This document shows, piece after piece, positions 12,460 through 22,819 of a stretch of DNA of 64,000 nucleotides; the first letter of the stretch is position 1, and the number at the start of each line of letters is the position of its first letter. Below the pieces are notes generated by a model that did not search any database, was not told where the DNA came from, and saw only the letters and a program-made list of their open reading frames with translations. This stretch comes from Haliotis cracherodii. Its lineage: Eukaryota. The stretch covers positions 80,910,001-80,974,000 of the forward strand of contig NW_027266264.1 in the NCBI RefSeq assembly GCF_022045235.1. The letters run 5' to 3'. The translations under genes and the position numbers were made by a program.

Positions 12460-12943
12460 AGCTCCTTCCCAGCGCGTGTTGGTAACATCGCTGCCGTCAG
12501 TGTGGACGCGGCCATTACAAGAATCTTGAAACTTGCCCTCTAACCCCAAATGTAGTAACGTTTATAAATACTTTTGTTTATGTCTTTGGGAATGCAATCA
12601 TAGTGAATTTTGAAAAGGTTTACGACTGACCATATTTCCCAGATTAATTTATCTTTTATCTGTTTGATCAGATTGGTTCGAGATTGCCGACGAACGGAAA
12701 ATCAACCAACTTCCCCCTTACATGACTTCATAGTTGTAATGAAACTGAAATTCAAATTGACAAACAAAGAAAATAATTTAGCACGGGTAAGAGTAAATTT
12801 GGCGTCACGGGTTTGTAAACATGACGATCTGTCGGTTGCGTGTTCAACTCCAAGCATGGTTGTGGCCACCTATCACAGTGAGGGGCTTTGACTGGAGGCA
12901 GCGTACATCGTGCTCCACGAACGGGATATTGCTGTGAGGAGCT
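12460..12943. mobile_element. MITE family D (AGCTCCT termini, Harbinger-like), uninterrupted copy
   Basis: Ends agctccttcccagc / gctgtgaggagct. The body is an inverted match to 44731-45691 (e.g. ggccattacaagaatcttgaaa, ccacctatcacagtg). Confidence 0.65.
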
Positions 12944-13958
12944 TTATTCGCACACAACGAAGGGACGTAACACCGCTCACTGCGAGGCCTTAGATTGCCG
13001 GCCTAAACCCTTTCCATAATCATGCGAAATCTCTGCTAAAAGCAGAGACAATTTAGAGACTCCGACTCTAACATAAGCATGTGTTTTTTAACCACTATCA
13101 ACTAGTGATGACACCAGGTGTTCATATAAGGTGAGCGCCCGGCGGCGCCCAGCTCAAGACATGGAGCGGCAAGTCAAGAAATTCTCATCCACTTATCTAG
13201 AATAACACGTTTTGAAAGCCTTACTTAGGTTGTTACTCTGGACAAACAACTTTTGAGTCGCGTGGCGTTCTTTGAAATATTTGCAGGAAGAACATGTTCA
13301 ACTGTGCCTCAAAAGTTGTGAAATGTACACACCATAGGCTGGTCTCTTCTATTTCTAGTTCAGGTGGGTAAATCAATGTAAAGGAATTGGCTACATTGAC
13401 GATATCAGATCATCGATAAACCTGAAGCTGAAGTTAACCTTCTTGGCCAAATTCCCTTGTTTTGATTTTGCCAATCCGAGTAGAAATTACGATTCATATG
13501 CATAAAAAACAGATCAGATATTTCGCAGCCTGAAACTAACGTCGGCATGAATTGCTCATATACTGAATAATCCCACTCTCCGTAAATACATGTATGTTTA
13601 TTTTCCAATATTTACTAATGTAATGATGATTATGTAAGGAACCTCTAAGCAATATAAACATCCTGTATATGAAAATTATGATGATCATAAGTTTATTAAC
13701 TTTGGAGAATCATTACATTATAATTCTAAAACTGCGCATGGTGAGAACACAGCAACAGTTCATTCGTGCGTTACTTTCGAAGTCAAATAAAATGAATACT
13801 GTTGTCATCTTTACCTGTTCAATAACTTTCCTTTTAAACATGAGTGTTAGAATATTCATATGTACTAGATATTATGAATGCGCAAGAATAGATAGGTGTT
13901 TTTTCCTGTCGTACTCCGGGCTACAGAATAAACGTCTTGTCTGCATTGCTGAACATGA

Positions 13959-15116
13959 TCAAAGCTCATCGTGACCGAAGGACGCTTCCCGAATGTCATC
14001 AAAGAAAGTTGGCAGTGTCGTCAATGAGCTACCATAACGCTTTATAATGTCTCTGGCATCAATCTGAAACAGTTCGTCCCATGACAAACTTGAATCTCCA
14101 TCTCTGTCAACAAAATCAAAGATGGCGTCCTTGTCGTCTGCTTCTGGTTTCACAAGTGACGCCATGAACGCTTCTCTGGAAACATTCGCCATTTCAAGAA
14201 GATCGCTGAGGAAAAAGATATTCTCCTTCCGAAACTTATTTACAAAACCGTATTTATCAAACGGAACTGTTTGTTCGTTTAATTCGACATTTTGACAATC
14301 AGAATCATTGAAAAACGGTAGATGCGTAAACCAGAAATTTATAGCAAGGTTCCTGTTACCAAAGGAATTAACTTGATGATACCATTGATACGGAATATAC
14401 AGACAGTCACCTGCTTCCATCGCTGCTTTGAATGTTGGAATTTCTTTGATCCTGGGGTATTTGTACATATCAACACTATCAACATCAGCATGACTGTACG
14501 ATCCGTCCATTTTAAACCCGTCTGCTTCGATCAACTCCTTATATTTCCGGTCGAAAAACACCAGATTCTTTTTCCCGTCCAGTAGACAGTTGATGTTGTC
14601 CTGCGAGTCGTTGTGAATGACGGACTTTGTTCCCCCGCTGCTGAACCAGATGACGATGGTCTCTATGTGGTTCTGATAGCCTCCACACTGAAGGCTTCTA
14701 GGAATATACATGTCTCCGTACATGGTCTTCTTAAGATCCTCAACGAGGTAGATGTCCTGGTCTTTATATATTTCCAGGAACTCCCTCAGCCTCTTAGAGT
14801 CCATGTCGCCATTTCTCGTCTCCTTCTTTCCTGCTTCAAACGCCACCTCGACTTCGCCGAATTTTGTCCGTAAGTAGTCATCATCCCAGAGTTGATATGG
14901 AGGGAACACGACATCCTTGAGGACAGACTTAAACATTACTGGTTTCCCAGGTCCTTGGAACTTCTCGTAGAACTTCTGGGGTGATGGGAACTCTGTCATG
15001 ACCTCGAGGTCATGCGGGACGGTGTGGCTTCCAAACGGTTTCAGATGACCAGGAGGGTCATCGGATTTGACGGTCAAAACACAGACAAGGAGAGCACACA
15101 CTCTTACAACCTCCAT
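13959..15116 (-). CDS. ER-lumenal JmjC (cupin-8 type) Fe(II)/2OG oxygenase with C-terminal EF-hand and HDEL, paralogue 2 (385 aa from first ATG)
   Basis: Single ORF. Signal peptide MEVVRVCALLVCVLTVKS in good context (aatcATGG). Motifs: PGHLKPFGSH, IWFSSGGTKSVIHND, NINCLLDGKK, GDCLYIPYQWYHQV. EF-hand loop DRDGDSSLSWDE. Ends FGHDEL. Confidence 0.92.
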   Translation of the reverse strand: MEVVRVCALLVCVLTVKSDDPPGHLKPFGSHTVPHDLEVMTEFPSPQKFYEKFQGPGKPVMFKSVLKDVVFPPYQLWDDDYLRTKFGEVEVAFEAGKKETRNGDMDSKRLREFLEIYKDQDIYLVEDLKKTMYGDMYIPRSLQCGGYQNHIETIVIWFSSGGTKSVIHNDSQDNINCLLDGKKNLVFFDRKYKELIEADGFKMDGSYSHADVDSVDMYKYPRIKEIPTFKAAMEAGDCLYIPYQWYHQVNSFGNRNLAINFWFTHLPFFNDSDCQNVELNEQTVPFDKYGFVNKFRKENIFFLSDLLEMANVSREAFMASLVKPEADDKDAIFDFVDRDGDSSLSWDELFQIDARDIIKRYGSSLTTLPTFFDDIREASFGHDEL

Positions 15117-15264
15117 GATTCTCGCTGCAGTGATGTACAACTCAGGATATCCGGATACGCATATCTACGTGTGACAACATGGTAGCGACGGTAAACACCT
15201 CTATTGATTGCTGTGACAGATGTTTGGTCTCGTACTTGTTCTCATTGTGTTATTTCGTGGACAG

Positions 15265-15274
15265 TTTATATAAA
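15265..15274 (-). promoter_or_regulatory. Candidate TATA box for JmjC paralogue 2
   Basis: TTTATATAAA ~150 bp upstream of the ATG. Confidence 0.4.
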
Positions 15275-15909
15275 GTGGCGTGTATTTGCACTGACTTCAT
15301 TCTAAAATATCCCGTTATATTTCTACCTGTTATTTTAGTCTTTCAGTAAACAATTTCGTAATTATTTTTAATATTTAGTATTTTTGTTAGGATCGCTGAA
15401 GTGTCAGAAAGTGTCCTATTCTTGCACCCTTGTAGTTGCAGTAGTGGCGGTGGTGGTGGTAGCTTCTTGATATTCCATCTTTCAGAAATTTCAACTTCCA
15501 AGTCATTCATACCAACTGGAACTTGTGAGGGAATCCTTGTTAGGGGTTAACATGAATCTCAGATGGATAAAGTGTCTCAGGGCTAGCGTGTGTTCATCTC
15601 CCTCTTCGCACCGCGAGTGTTGGGCGTAAATACGGCCCCAGTGGTTGAACACTGATTGATACCTGCAGGCCAGATGTTGCGTGTGGTTTGTGACGAATGA
15701 TACAGGAGATAAATGTGTGAATAAAGTAGCAGTTATTTTTAGATGCAGTGGTGCTGCAAATAAAGGAGATGGAAGAACGCACACAAGTCGTGCCGTGTGT
15801 TGTTGTGGTGGCCTATCTGCACTTAAATCTCAATCTGCAATTGCTAACATTGATATTATTAACGTGTTTTTAATTGTCATGGTTTAAGTGAACAACATTC
15901 TATCTATCC

Positions 15910-18075
15910 CGGTTTTCCATCTACCATGTCGTCAGTCACCTGGTTTCCATCTACCATGTCGTCAGTCTCCTGGTTTCCATCTACCATGTCGTCAGTCTCC
16001 TGGTTTCTATCTGTCATGTCGTCAGTCTCCTGGTTTCCATCTGTCATGTCGTCAGTCTCCTGGTTTCCATCTACCATGTCGTCAGTCTTCTGGTTTCCAT
16101 CTACCATGTCGTCAGTCTCCTGGTTACTATCTGTCATGTCGTAAGTCTCCTGGTTTCCATCTGTCATGTCGTCAGTCTCCTGGTTTCTATCTACCATGTC
16201 GTCAGTCTCCTGGTTTTCATCTACCATGTCGTCAGTCTCCTGTTTTCCATCTACCATGTCGTCAGTCTCCTGGTTTCTATCTATCATGTCGTCAGTCTCA
16301 TGGTTTCCACCTACCATGTCGTCAGTCTCCTGGTTTCCATCTACCATGTCGTCAGTCTCCTGGTTTCCATCTACCATGTCGTCAGTCTCCTGGTTTCCAT
16401 CTACCATGTCGTCAGTCTCCTGGTTTCTATCTGTCATGTCGTCAGTCTCCTGGTTTCCATCTACCATGTCGTCAGTCTCCTGGTTTCTATCTGTCATGTC
16501 GTCAGTCTCCTGGTTTCCATCTACCATGTCGTCAGTCTCCTGACTTCCATCTACCATGTCGTCAGTCTCTTGGTTTCCATCTGTCATGTCGTCTGTCTCC
16601 TTGTTTCCATCTACCATGTCGTCAGTCTCCTGGTTTCCATCTACCATGTAGTCAGTCTCCTGGTTTCCATCTACCATGTCGTCAGTCTCCTGGTTTCTAT
16701 CTGTCATGTCGTCAGTCTCCTGGTTTCCACCTACCATGTCGTCAGTCTCCTGGTTTCCATCTACCATGTCGTCAGTCTCCTGGTTTCTATCTGTCATGCC
16801 GTCAGTCTCCTGGTTTCCATCTACCATGTCGTCAGTCTCCTGACTTCCATCTACCATGTCGTCAGTCTCCTGGTTTCCATCTACCATGTCGTCAGTCTCC
16901 TGACTTCCATCTACCATGTCGTCAGTCTCCAGGTTTCCATCTACCATGTCGTCAGTCTCCTGGTTTCCATCTACCATGTCGTCAGTCTCCTGGTTTCTAT
17001 CTGTCATGTCGTCAGTCTCCTGGTTTCCATCTACCATGTCGTCAGGCTCCTGGTTTCCATCTACCATGTCGTCAGTCTCCTGGTTTCCATCTACCATGTC
17101 GTCAGTCTCCTGGTTTCCATCTACCATGTCGTCAGTCTCCTGGTTTCCATCTACCATGTCGTCAGTCTCCTGGTTTCCATCTACCATGTCGTCAGTCTCC
17201 TGGTTTCCATCTACCATGTCGTCAGTCTCCTGGTTTCCATCTGTCATGTCGTCAGTCTCCTGGTTTCCATCTACCATGTCGTCAGTCTCCTGGTTTCCAT
17301 CTACCATGTTGTGAGTCTCCTGGTTTCTATCTGTCATGTCGTCAGTCTCCTGGTTTCAATCTACCATGTCGTCAGTCTCCTGGTTTCCATTTACCATGTC
17401 ATCAGTCTCCTGGTTTCCATCTACCATGTCGTCAGTCTCCTGGTTTCTATATATCATGTCGTCAGTCACCTGGTTTCCATCTACCATGTCGTAAGTCTCC
17501 TGGTTTCCATCTACCATGTCGTCAGTCTCCTGGTTTCTATATGTCATGTCGTCAGTCTCCTGGTTTCCATCTACCATGTAGTCAGTCTCCTGGTTTCCAT
17601 CTACCATGTCGTCAGGCTCCTGGTTTCCATCTACCATGTCGTCAGTCTCCTGGTTTCTATATATCATGTCGTCAGTCACCTGGTTTCCATCTACCATGTC
17701 GTCAGTCTCCTGGTTTCCATCTACCATGTCGTCAGTCTCCTGGTTTCCATCTACCATGTCGTCAGTCTCCTGGTTTCCATCTACCATGTTGTCAGTCTCC
17801 TGGTTTCCATCTACCATGTCGTCAGTCTCCTGGTTTCCATCTACCATGTCGTCAGTCTCCTGGTTTCCACCTACCATGTCGTCAGTCTCCTGGTTTCCAT
17901 CTGTCATGTCGTCAGTCTTCTGGTTTCCATTTACCATGCCGTCAGTCTCCTGGTTTCCATCTACCATGTCGTCAGTCTCCTGGTTTCCATCTACCATGTC
18001 GTCAGTCTCCTGGTTTTTATCTGTCATGTCGTCAGTCTCCTGGTTTCCATCTACCATGTCGTCAATCTCTTGGTT
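15910..18075. repeat. 30-bp minisatellite (cctggtttccatctaccatgtcgtcagtct), about 72 copies with no indels
   Basis: Units stay in exact phase with the 60-nt sequence lines over 2.1 kb. Confidence 0.97.
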
Positions 18076-19008
18076 TTAGTGAATTACACAACTACCGTGT
18101 CAGTCGCTCACTCACTCACTCAAACGATCACTCATTAAAACACTCACTCAAACATTCACTCAAACACCCACTCAACCATTCCACCAATCAATACTCAATA
18201 CCACCCAAACCCCTACCCACTCACTCACTCACACACTCACTCACTCACTCAGAATCCTATTGCTGATTTGTCAGTCAGCCACTGTCGTGCTGTAGTGATG
18301 GGCAATGATCACTGTCCTCAGCATCAACAGCTGGTATCCCCATGCAGTGTTTCATACAGGCTGATGCTGCCTGTTGTTACGACTCCATCTGAAACGGATG
18401 TGCGCTGCCGTCACGGGAGACACGTTGAGTCAAGTCACATCCTTCATGTACATCTGATGTGGGATGTGTCAACCCCCGGTATCAATAACGCTATTTACAT
18501 GTTTAACATTGTCTCGATACAAAGGAGTTTACTTATTCAGAACTATTCTACTATTGGGATTGATTGTAATGCGTAAATGCAAGTATACATAAACACCTGT
18601 TTCTGCCTGATCCAAAAAGCGACAAAATAACCTATGTTTCTTCGGAGAACCTTCCATAGGCGAAAACAGAGTGTTTTCACTTTAATGTAGAAGGCAGTGG
18701 CAATTGTTATTCACGTCACAGTAGAAAGACAGTGGCAATTGTTATTCACGTCACAGTAGAAAGACAGTGGCAATTGTTATTCACGTCACAGTAGAAAGAC
18801 AGTGGCAATTGTTATTCACGTCACAATAGAAAGACAGTGGCAATTGTTATTCACGTCACAGTAGAAAGACAGTGGCAATTGTTATTAACGTCACAATAGG
18901 AAGATAGTGGCAATAGTTATTCACGTCACATTTCGGAGACAGTGGCAGTTTTTATTCACGTCACAATGGAAAGATAGTGGCAATTGTTTTTCACATAACA
19001 ATAGGAGT

Positions 19009-19187
19009 GCCCCAATTATGTTTCTAGGTTTGTCAGCACCATACCCGTGCTCTAGGGTTTCACCGAAGTGGTAAACGTCTGAGACCTGCATCATTTTGGG
19101 CTTTCCTCCCACATTAAGCTGACACGCCGTGATATGCCTGGAATACTGTTAAAAGCGGCGTTAAACCCAACTCACTCACTCACTCAC
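19009..19187 (+). mobile_element. SINE family A, 5'-truncated copy
   Basis: gccccaattatgtttctaggtttgtcagc...gcggcgttaaacccaactcactc; acaataggag occurs on both sides. Confidence 0.85.
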
Positions 19188-19193
19188 AATAGG

Positions 19194-19361
19194 AGTGAGT
19201 GAGTGAGTTTGATTTTACGCCGCTTTTAGCAATATTCCAGCAATTTCACAGCGGCGGACACCAGAAATGGGCTTCACATATTGAACCCATGTCGGGAATC
19301 GAACCCGGGTCTTCGGCGTGACCAGCAAACACTTTAACCACAAGGCTACCCCGACCGCCCC
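19194..19361 (-). mobile_element. SINE family B (tRNA-derived), full length
   Basis: Minus strand has A-box-like tagccttgtgg, B-box ggttcgattcc, tail ggaatattgctaaaagcggcgtaaaa(actc)n. Confidence 0.9.
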
Positions 19362-20409
19362 CGTCACAATAGGAAGTCAGTGGCAATTGTTATTCACGTC
19401 ACAATAGGAAGACAGTGGCAATTGTTGTTATTTTTATAACTTATAAAATTAGTCTACATGTGGCCTTTTAAAGTATTTTTGATCTTTTACGGAGATTATC
19501 AAACAAATAGACATTAATAAATAATATTATTCGTCTGCTCAATCATTCTTGTAACAATGAATACAAATTCTCCACTGGTATACTAGTATTTTCCCGTCGA
19601 CTCTACTCTATCGGTAATCAATGGGGAGTGGATCGTATCTTAATAATAGGCATACTTTCATTTTTTGTAGATGAAGAGGAAGCGATAACACATAACTTTC
19701 TAATTACATTTAATGTTCAAATAAGCTGTAAAATACTGCCTAACGAGATATTGCCGACTGCATTTGATGCAAGATATTTGGTTTGCCAACATATTTTGAT
19801 ATATTTTTATTTTCTACAAACTGTTGAATCCACACATAGCTTTAACGTAACGCACCGAGCGAATCTCTAACATAGGCAGTGGCAATTGTTATATATACGT
19901 CACAATAGGAAGGCAGTGGCAAGTGGTATTCACTTGGCGTTCATGCACGCCAACAGCGGGATGTGCAAGTCTATTCTAATGTTGGCACTAGGCCTGCGCC
20001 GCTGACGGCGACTACAGCTGCCCCACGTTATGTCAATGTCGCAGTGCAGCCTCTTCATCGCTACATGCTCGGGGAATCAAAGCGTCTGATTGCCTCCCAT
20101 TACTCGAGTGTACACATCTACAGCGCGGCAGGTTCCCCGCTCTCTCACTCGCAAACTGCTCGCTTTTTCTGCTGTGTTAATTGGCAAGCTGTAATCTGAA
20201 ACTAAACTTGGGTCTCGCTGTTTTGAGAAAATTTTGAGAGTTTTTGTCATTAGCTAGCGTCTTCCTTTAACTTGCAGAATGTAGCTGAGGTCGTCTAGCA
20301 CTGAGGCGGTACGGTCCTGTTACAGGTTTCAGAATATGATATGTGATAATACATTCCATCGTGGACACATATAGTAGATGTCTGGATACTGATATCATTT
20401 AGATCACAA

Positions 20410-21130
20410 GAGCGAGAGAGAGAGGGGGGGGCAGAGAGAGGGGGGAGGGGCGAGAGGGAGGGGGAGGGAGAGACAGTGGGAGAGAGGGGAGGGAGAGAGA
20501 GAGTTAGAGAGAGGAGAGAGAGAAAGGGGGAGGGGCGAGAGAGAGGGACAGAGAGAGGGGGAGGGGACGAGAGAGAGGGGGGGAGAGAGAGAGTGAGAGA
20601 GAGAAAGGGGAGGGGCGAGAGAGAGGGACAGAGAGAGGGGGGAGGGGACGATAGAGAGAGGGGGAGGGAGAGAGAAGGGGAGGGAGAGTTCTGTGTTGGT
20701 TATGTTGATTATGATGATGTATGTGTACAGGACTGACTGTATGGTTGTATGAATGATTGAGTGTGAGTGTATGTTTGTATGAATGATTGAGTGTGAGTGT
20801 ATGGTTGTATGAATGATTGAGCGTGAGTGTATGGTTGTATGAATGATTGAGTGGGAGTGTATGGTTGTATGAATGATTGAGTGTGAGTGAATGGTTGTAT
20901 GAATGATTGAGTGTGAGTGTATGGTTGTATGAATGATTGAGTGTGAGTGTATGGTTGTATGAATGATTGAGTGTGAGTGCATGGTTGTATGAATTATTGA
21001 GTGTGAGTGCATGGTTGTATGAATGATTGAGTGTGAGTGTATGGTTGTATGAATGACTGAGTGTGAGTGTATGGTTGTATGAATGACTGAGTGTATGGTT
21101 GTATATATGAGTGAATGCATGGCTGTATGA
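20410..21130. repeat. GA-rich low-complexity tract followed by a 30-bp minisatellite (gtgtgagtgtatggttgtatgaatgattga)
   Basis: Directly visible. Confidence 0.9.
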
Positions 21131-21136
21131 ATAATA

Positions 21137-22135
21137 TTAGTTGTGTCTTATGCGGTGTCATATGAAGTTAGCAGAAAAGTATTAATCGAGGCGTCTGCCG
21201 AGATCAATATGTTTCTGCTAACCTAATATGACACCGTATACGGCAACTAAAGACACCATAACGAATTTATCCTGCCGAAAAGTTTACACTGTCTGGTATC
21301 TTTATCGCACATGTCATGTCAAAATGTTTATGTCATGTCAAAATGTTTATGTCATGTCAAAATGAAATGTTTATGTCATGTCAAAATGAAAACTTGACAC
21401 TTCCAACCGGTATAAATGACAGGACCAATACATATGTTTCCGATACAACGCTCAATGTAAACACAAGCGTTATCAATGGAATATATAATCCACTAAATGT
21501 GAAGGTTTGAACAAGTAGTATAGCTAAAATGGATACAATTATCATTAAAATGCATACATGTTATCAGAAATCTGCGGGCCACTGTAACTTGATAGTAGCC
21601 CACTTTTCCCCAACAACGGGCTGCTTTCTATATATTCTATTGTTTTGTGACGTCATTGGCGTCACATTTCTTTTTGTGACATCATCCTATGAAGTTGTTC
21701 TGTGACGTTGCTGTTTTTAAATCTGTGACCTCCGTTCTGAGTTGTTGTTTTTTATACAGCCACTAGATGTATGCTGCTGTTTGTTGTTTTGTTCGTTAGG
21801 GGGTTAGTTACAAATTCTATCTATATTAGTTATAAGGACGGTAATGTTGTTTTTCATGGCAATATCATTTGCAGAAGCCCTCCTATAGTCTACTCTATAA
21901 ATTTTATGAATAAAGTCACGCACGTGATTTCTTTAAAAATTATGTCCCTTGCCCATCACAAATAATTATATAAAACCCAAAACAGTGTCGAATCACGAAT
22001 CTTGTACCAGAAGTTTCATGTGAAATATGTGAAGTGGGTGTCGGAAAATCCAAGATGGCTGTTACAAGCGGTATACGGTCTCATATTAGGTCAGTAACAA
22101 CAATCTTGGATTTTTACTGACGGTATACGGGCTCA
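21137..22135. mobile_element. Probable non-autonomous DNA element with a terminal long palindrome (Crypton-like)
   Basis: 21137-21250 is an imperfect palindrome around gaggcgtctgccga. The arm motif gtatacggtctcatattagg recurs at ~22071. The element separates two related gtatgaatgag-type simple repeats. Confidence 0.45.
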
Positions 22136-22164
22136 TGTAGGGTTGGTAGTTCTGCTCTCCGACT

Positions 22165-22485
22165 GGTTGTATGTAGAAATGAGTTGAGGGTTGTATGTAG
22201 AAATGAGTTGATGGTTGTATGTAGAAATGAGTTGATGGTTGTATGCACAAATGAGTTGATAGTTGTATGCATAAATGAGTTGATAGTTGTATGTATAAAT
22301 GAGTTGATAGTTGTATGTATAAATGAGTTGAGGGTTGTATGTAGAAATTAGTTGATGGTTGTATGTAGAAATGAGTTGATGGTTGTATGCACAAATGAGT
22401 TGATAGTTGTATGCATAAATGAGTTGATAGTTGTATGCATAAATGAGTTGATGGTTGTACGTAGAAATGAGTTGATCGTTGTATG
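22165..22485. repeat. 24-bp minisatellite (gttgtatgtagaaatgagttgatg)
   Basis: Direct tandem units. Confidence 0.9.
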
Positions 22486-22819
22486 TATGTAAGAATGTAT
22501 GGTTCAGTGTATGAATGAGTGAGTGGATGGTTGTATGAATGAGGTTATGGTTTAATGTATGAAAGAGTTGATGGTTATATCTATGACTGAATGGATGGTC
22601 ATATGTATGGATGCATGAGTGAGTGAGTGAGTGTATAATTGCGAGTATGAATGAATGAGTGTATGGTTGAATGTATGAGTGAGTGTGTGGTTTTATTAGT
22701 AGTTTTCAAAAAAATAATACAGTAAGAAATAAAAGTGTCTATTGGCAGCATTCGAATGCTTATAAACAACAGAAAAGAATATTCCTGACATTGCTGCTTC
22801 ACTGAATTTAAAAAAAATA

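Larger units (their letters stand above)
18688..19425. repeat. 35-bp minisatellite (agaaagacagtggcaattgttattcacgtcacagt) interrupted by two SINEs; further units near 19870-19930
   Basis: Units start at 18723, 18758 and so on; the array resumes at ~19362. Confidence 0.9.

Noticed and set aside
15888-18266. 792-aa (CRQSPGFHLP)n and 612-aa ORFs
   Set aside because: Stop-free 30-bp unit; non-ATG start for the longest ORF; no flanking coding signal
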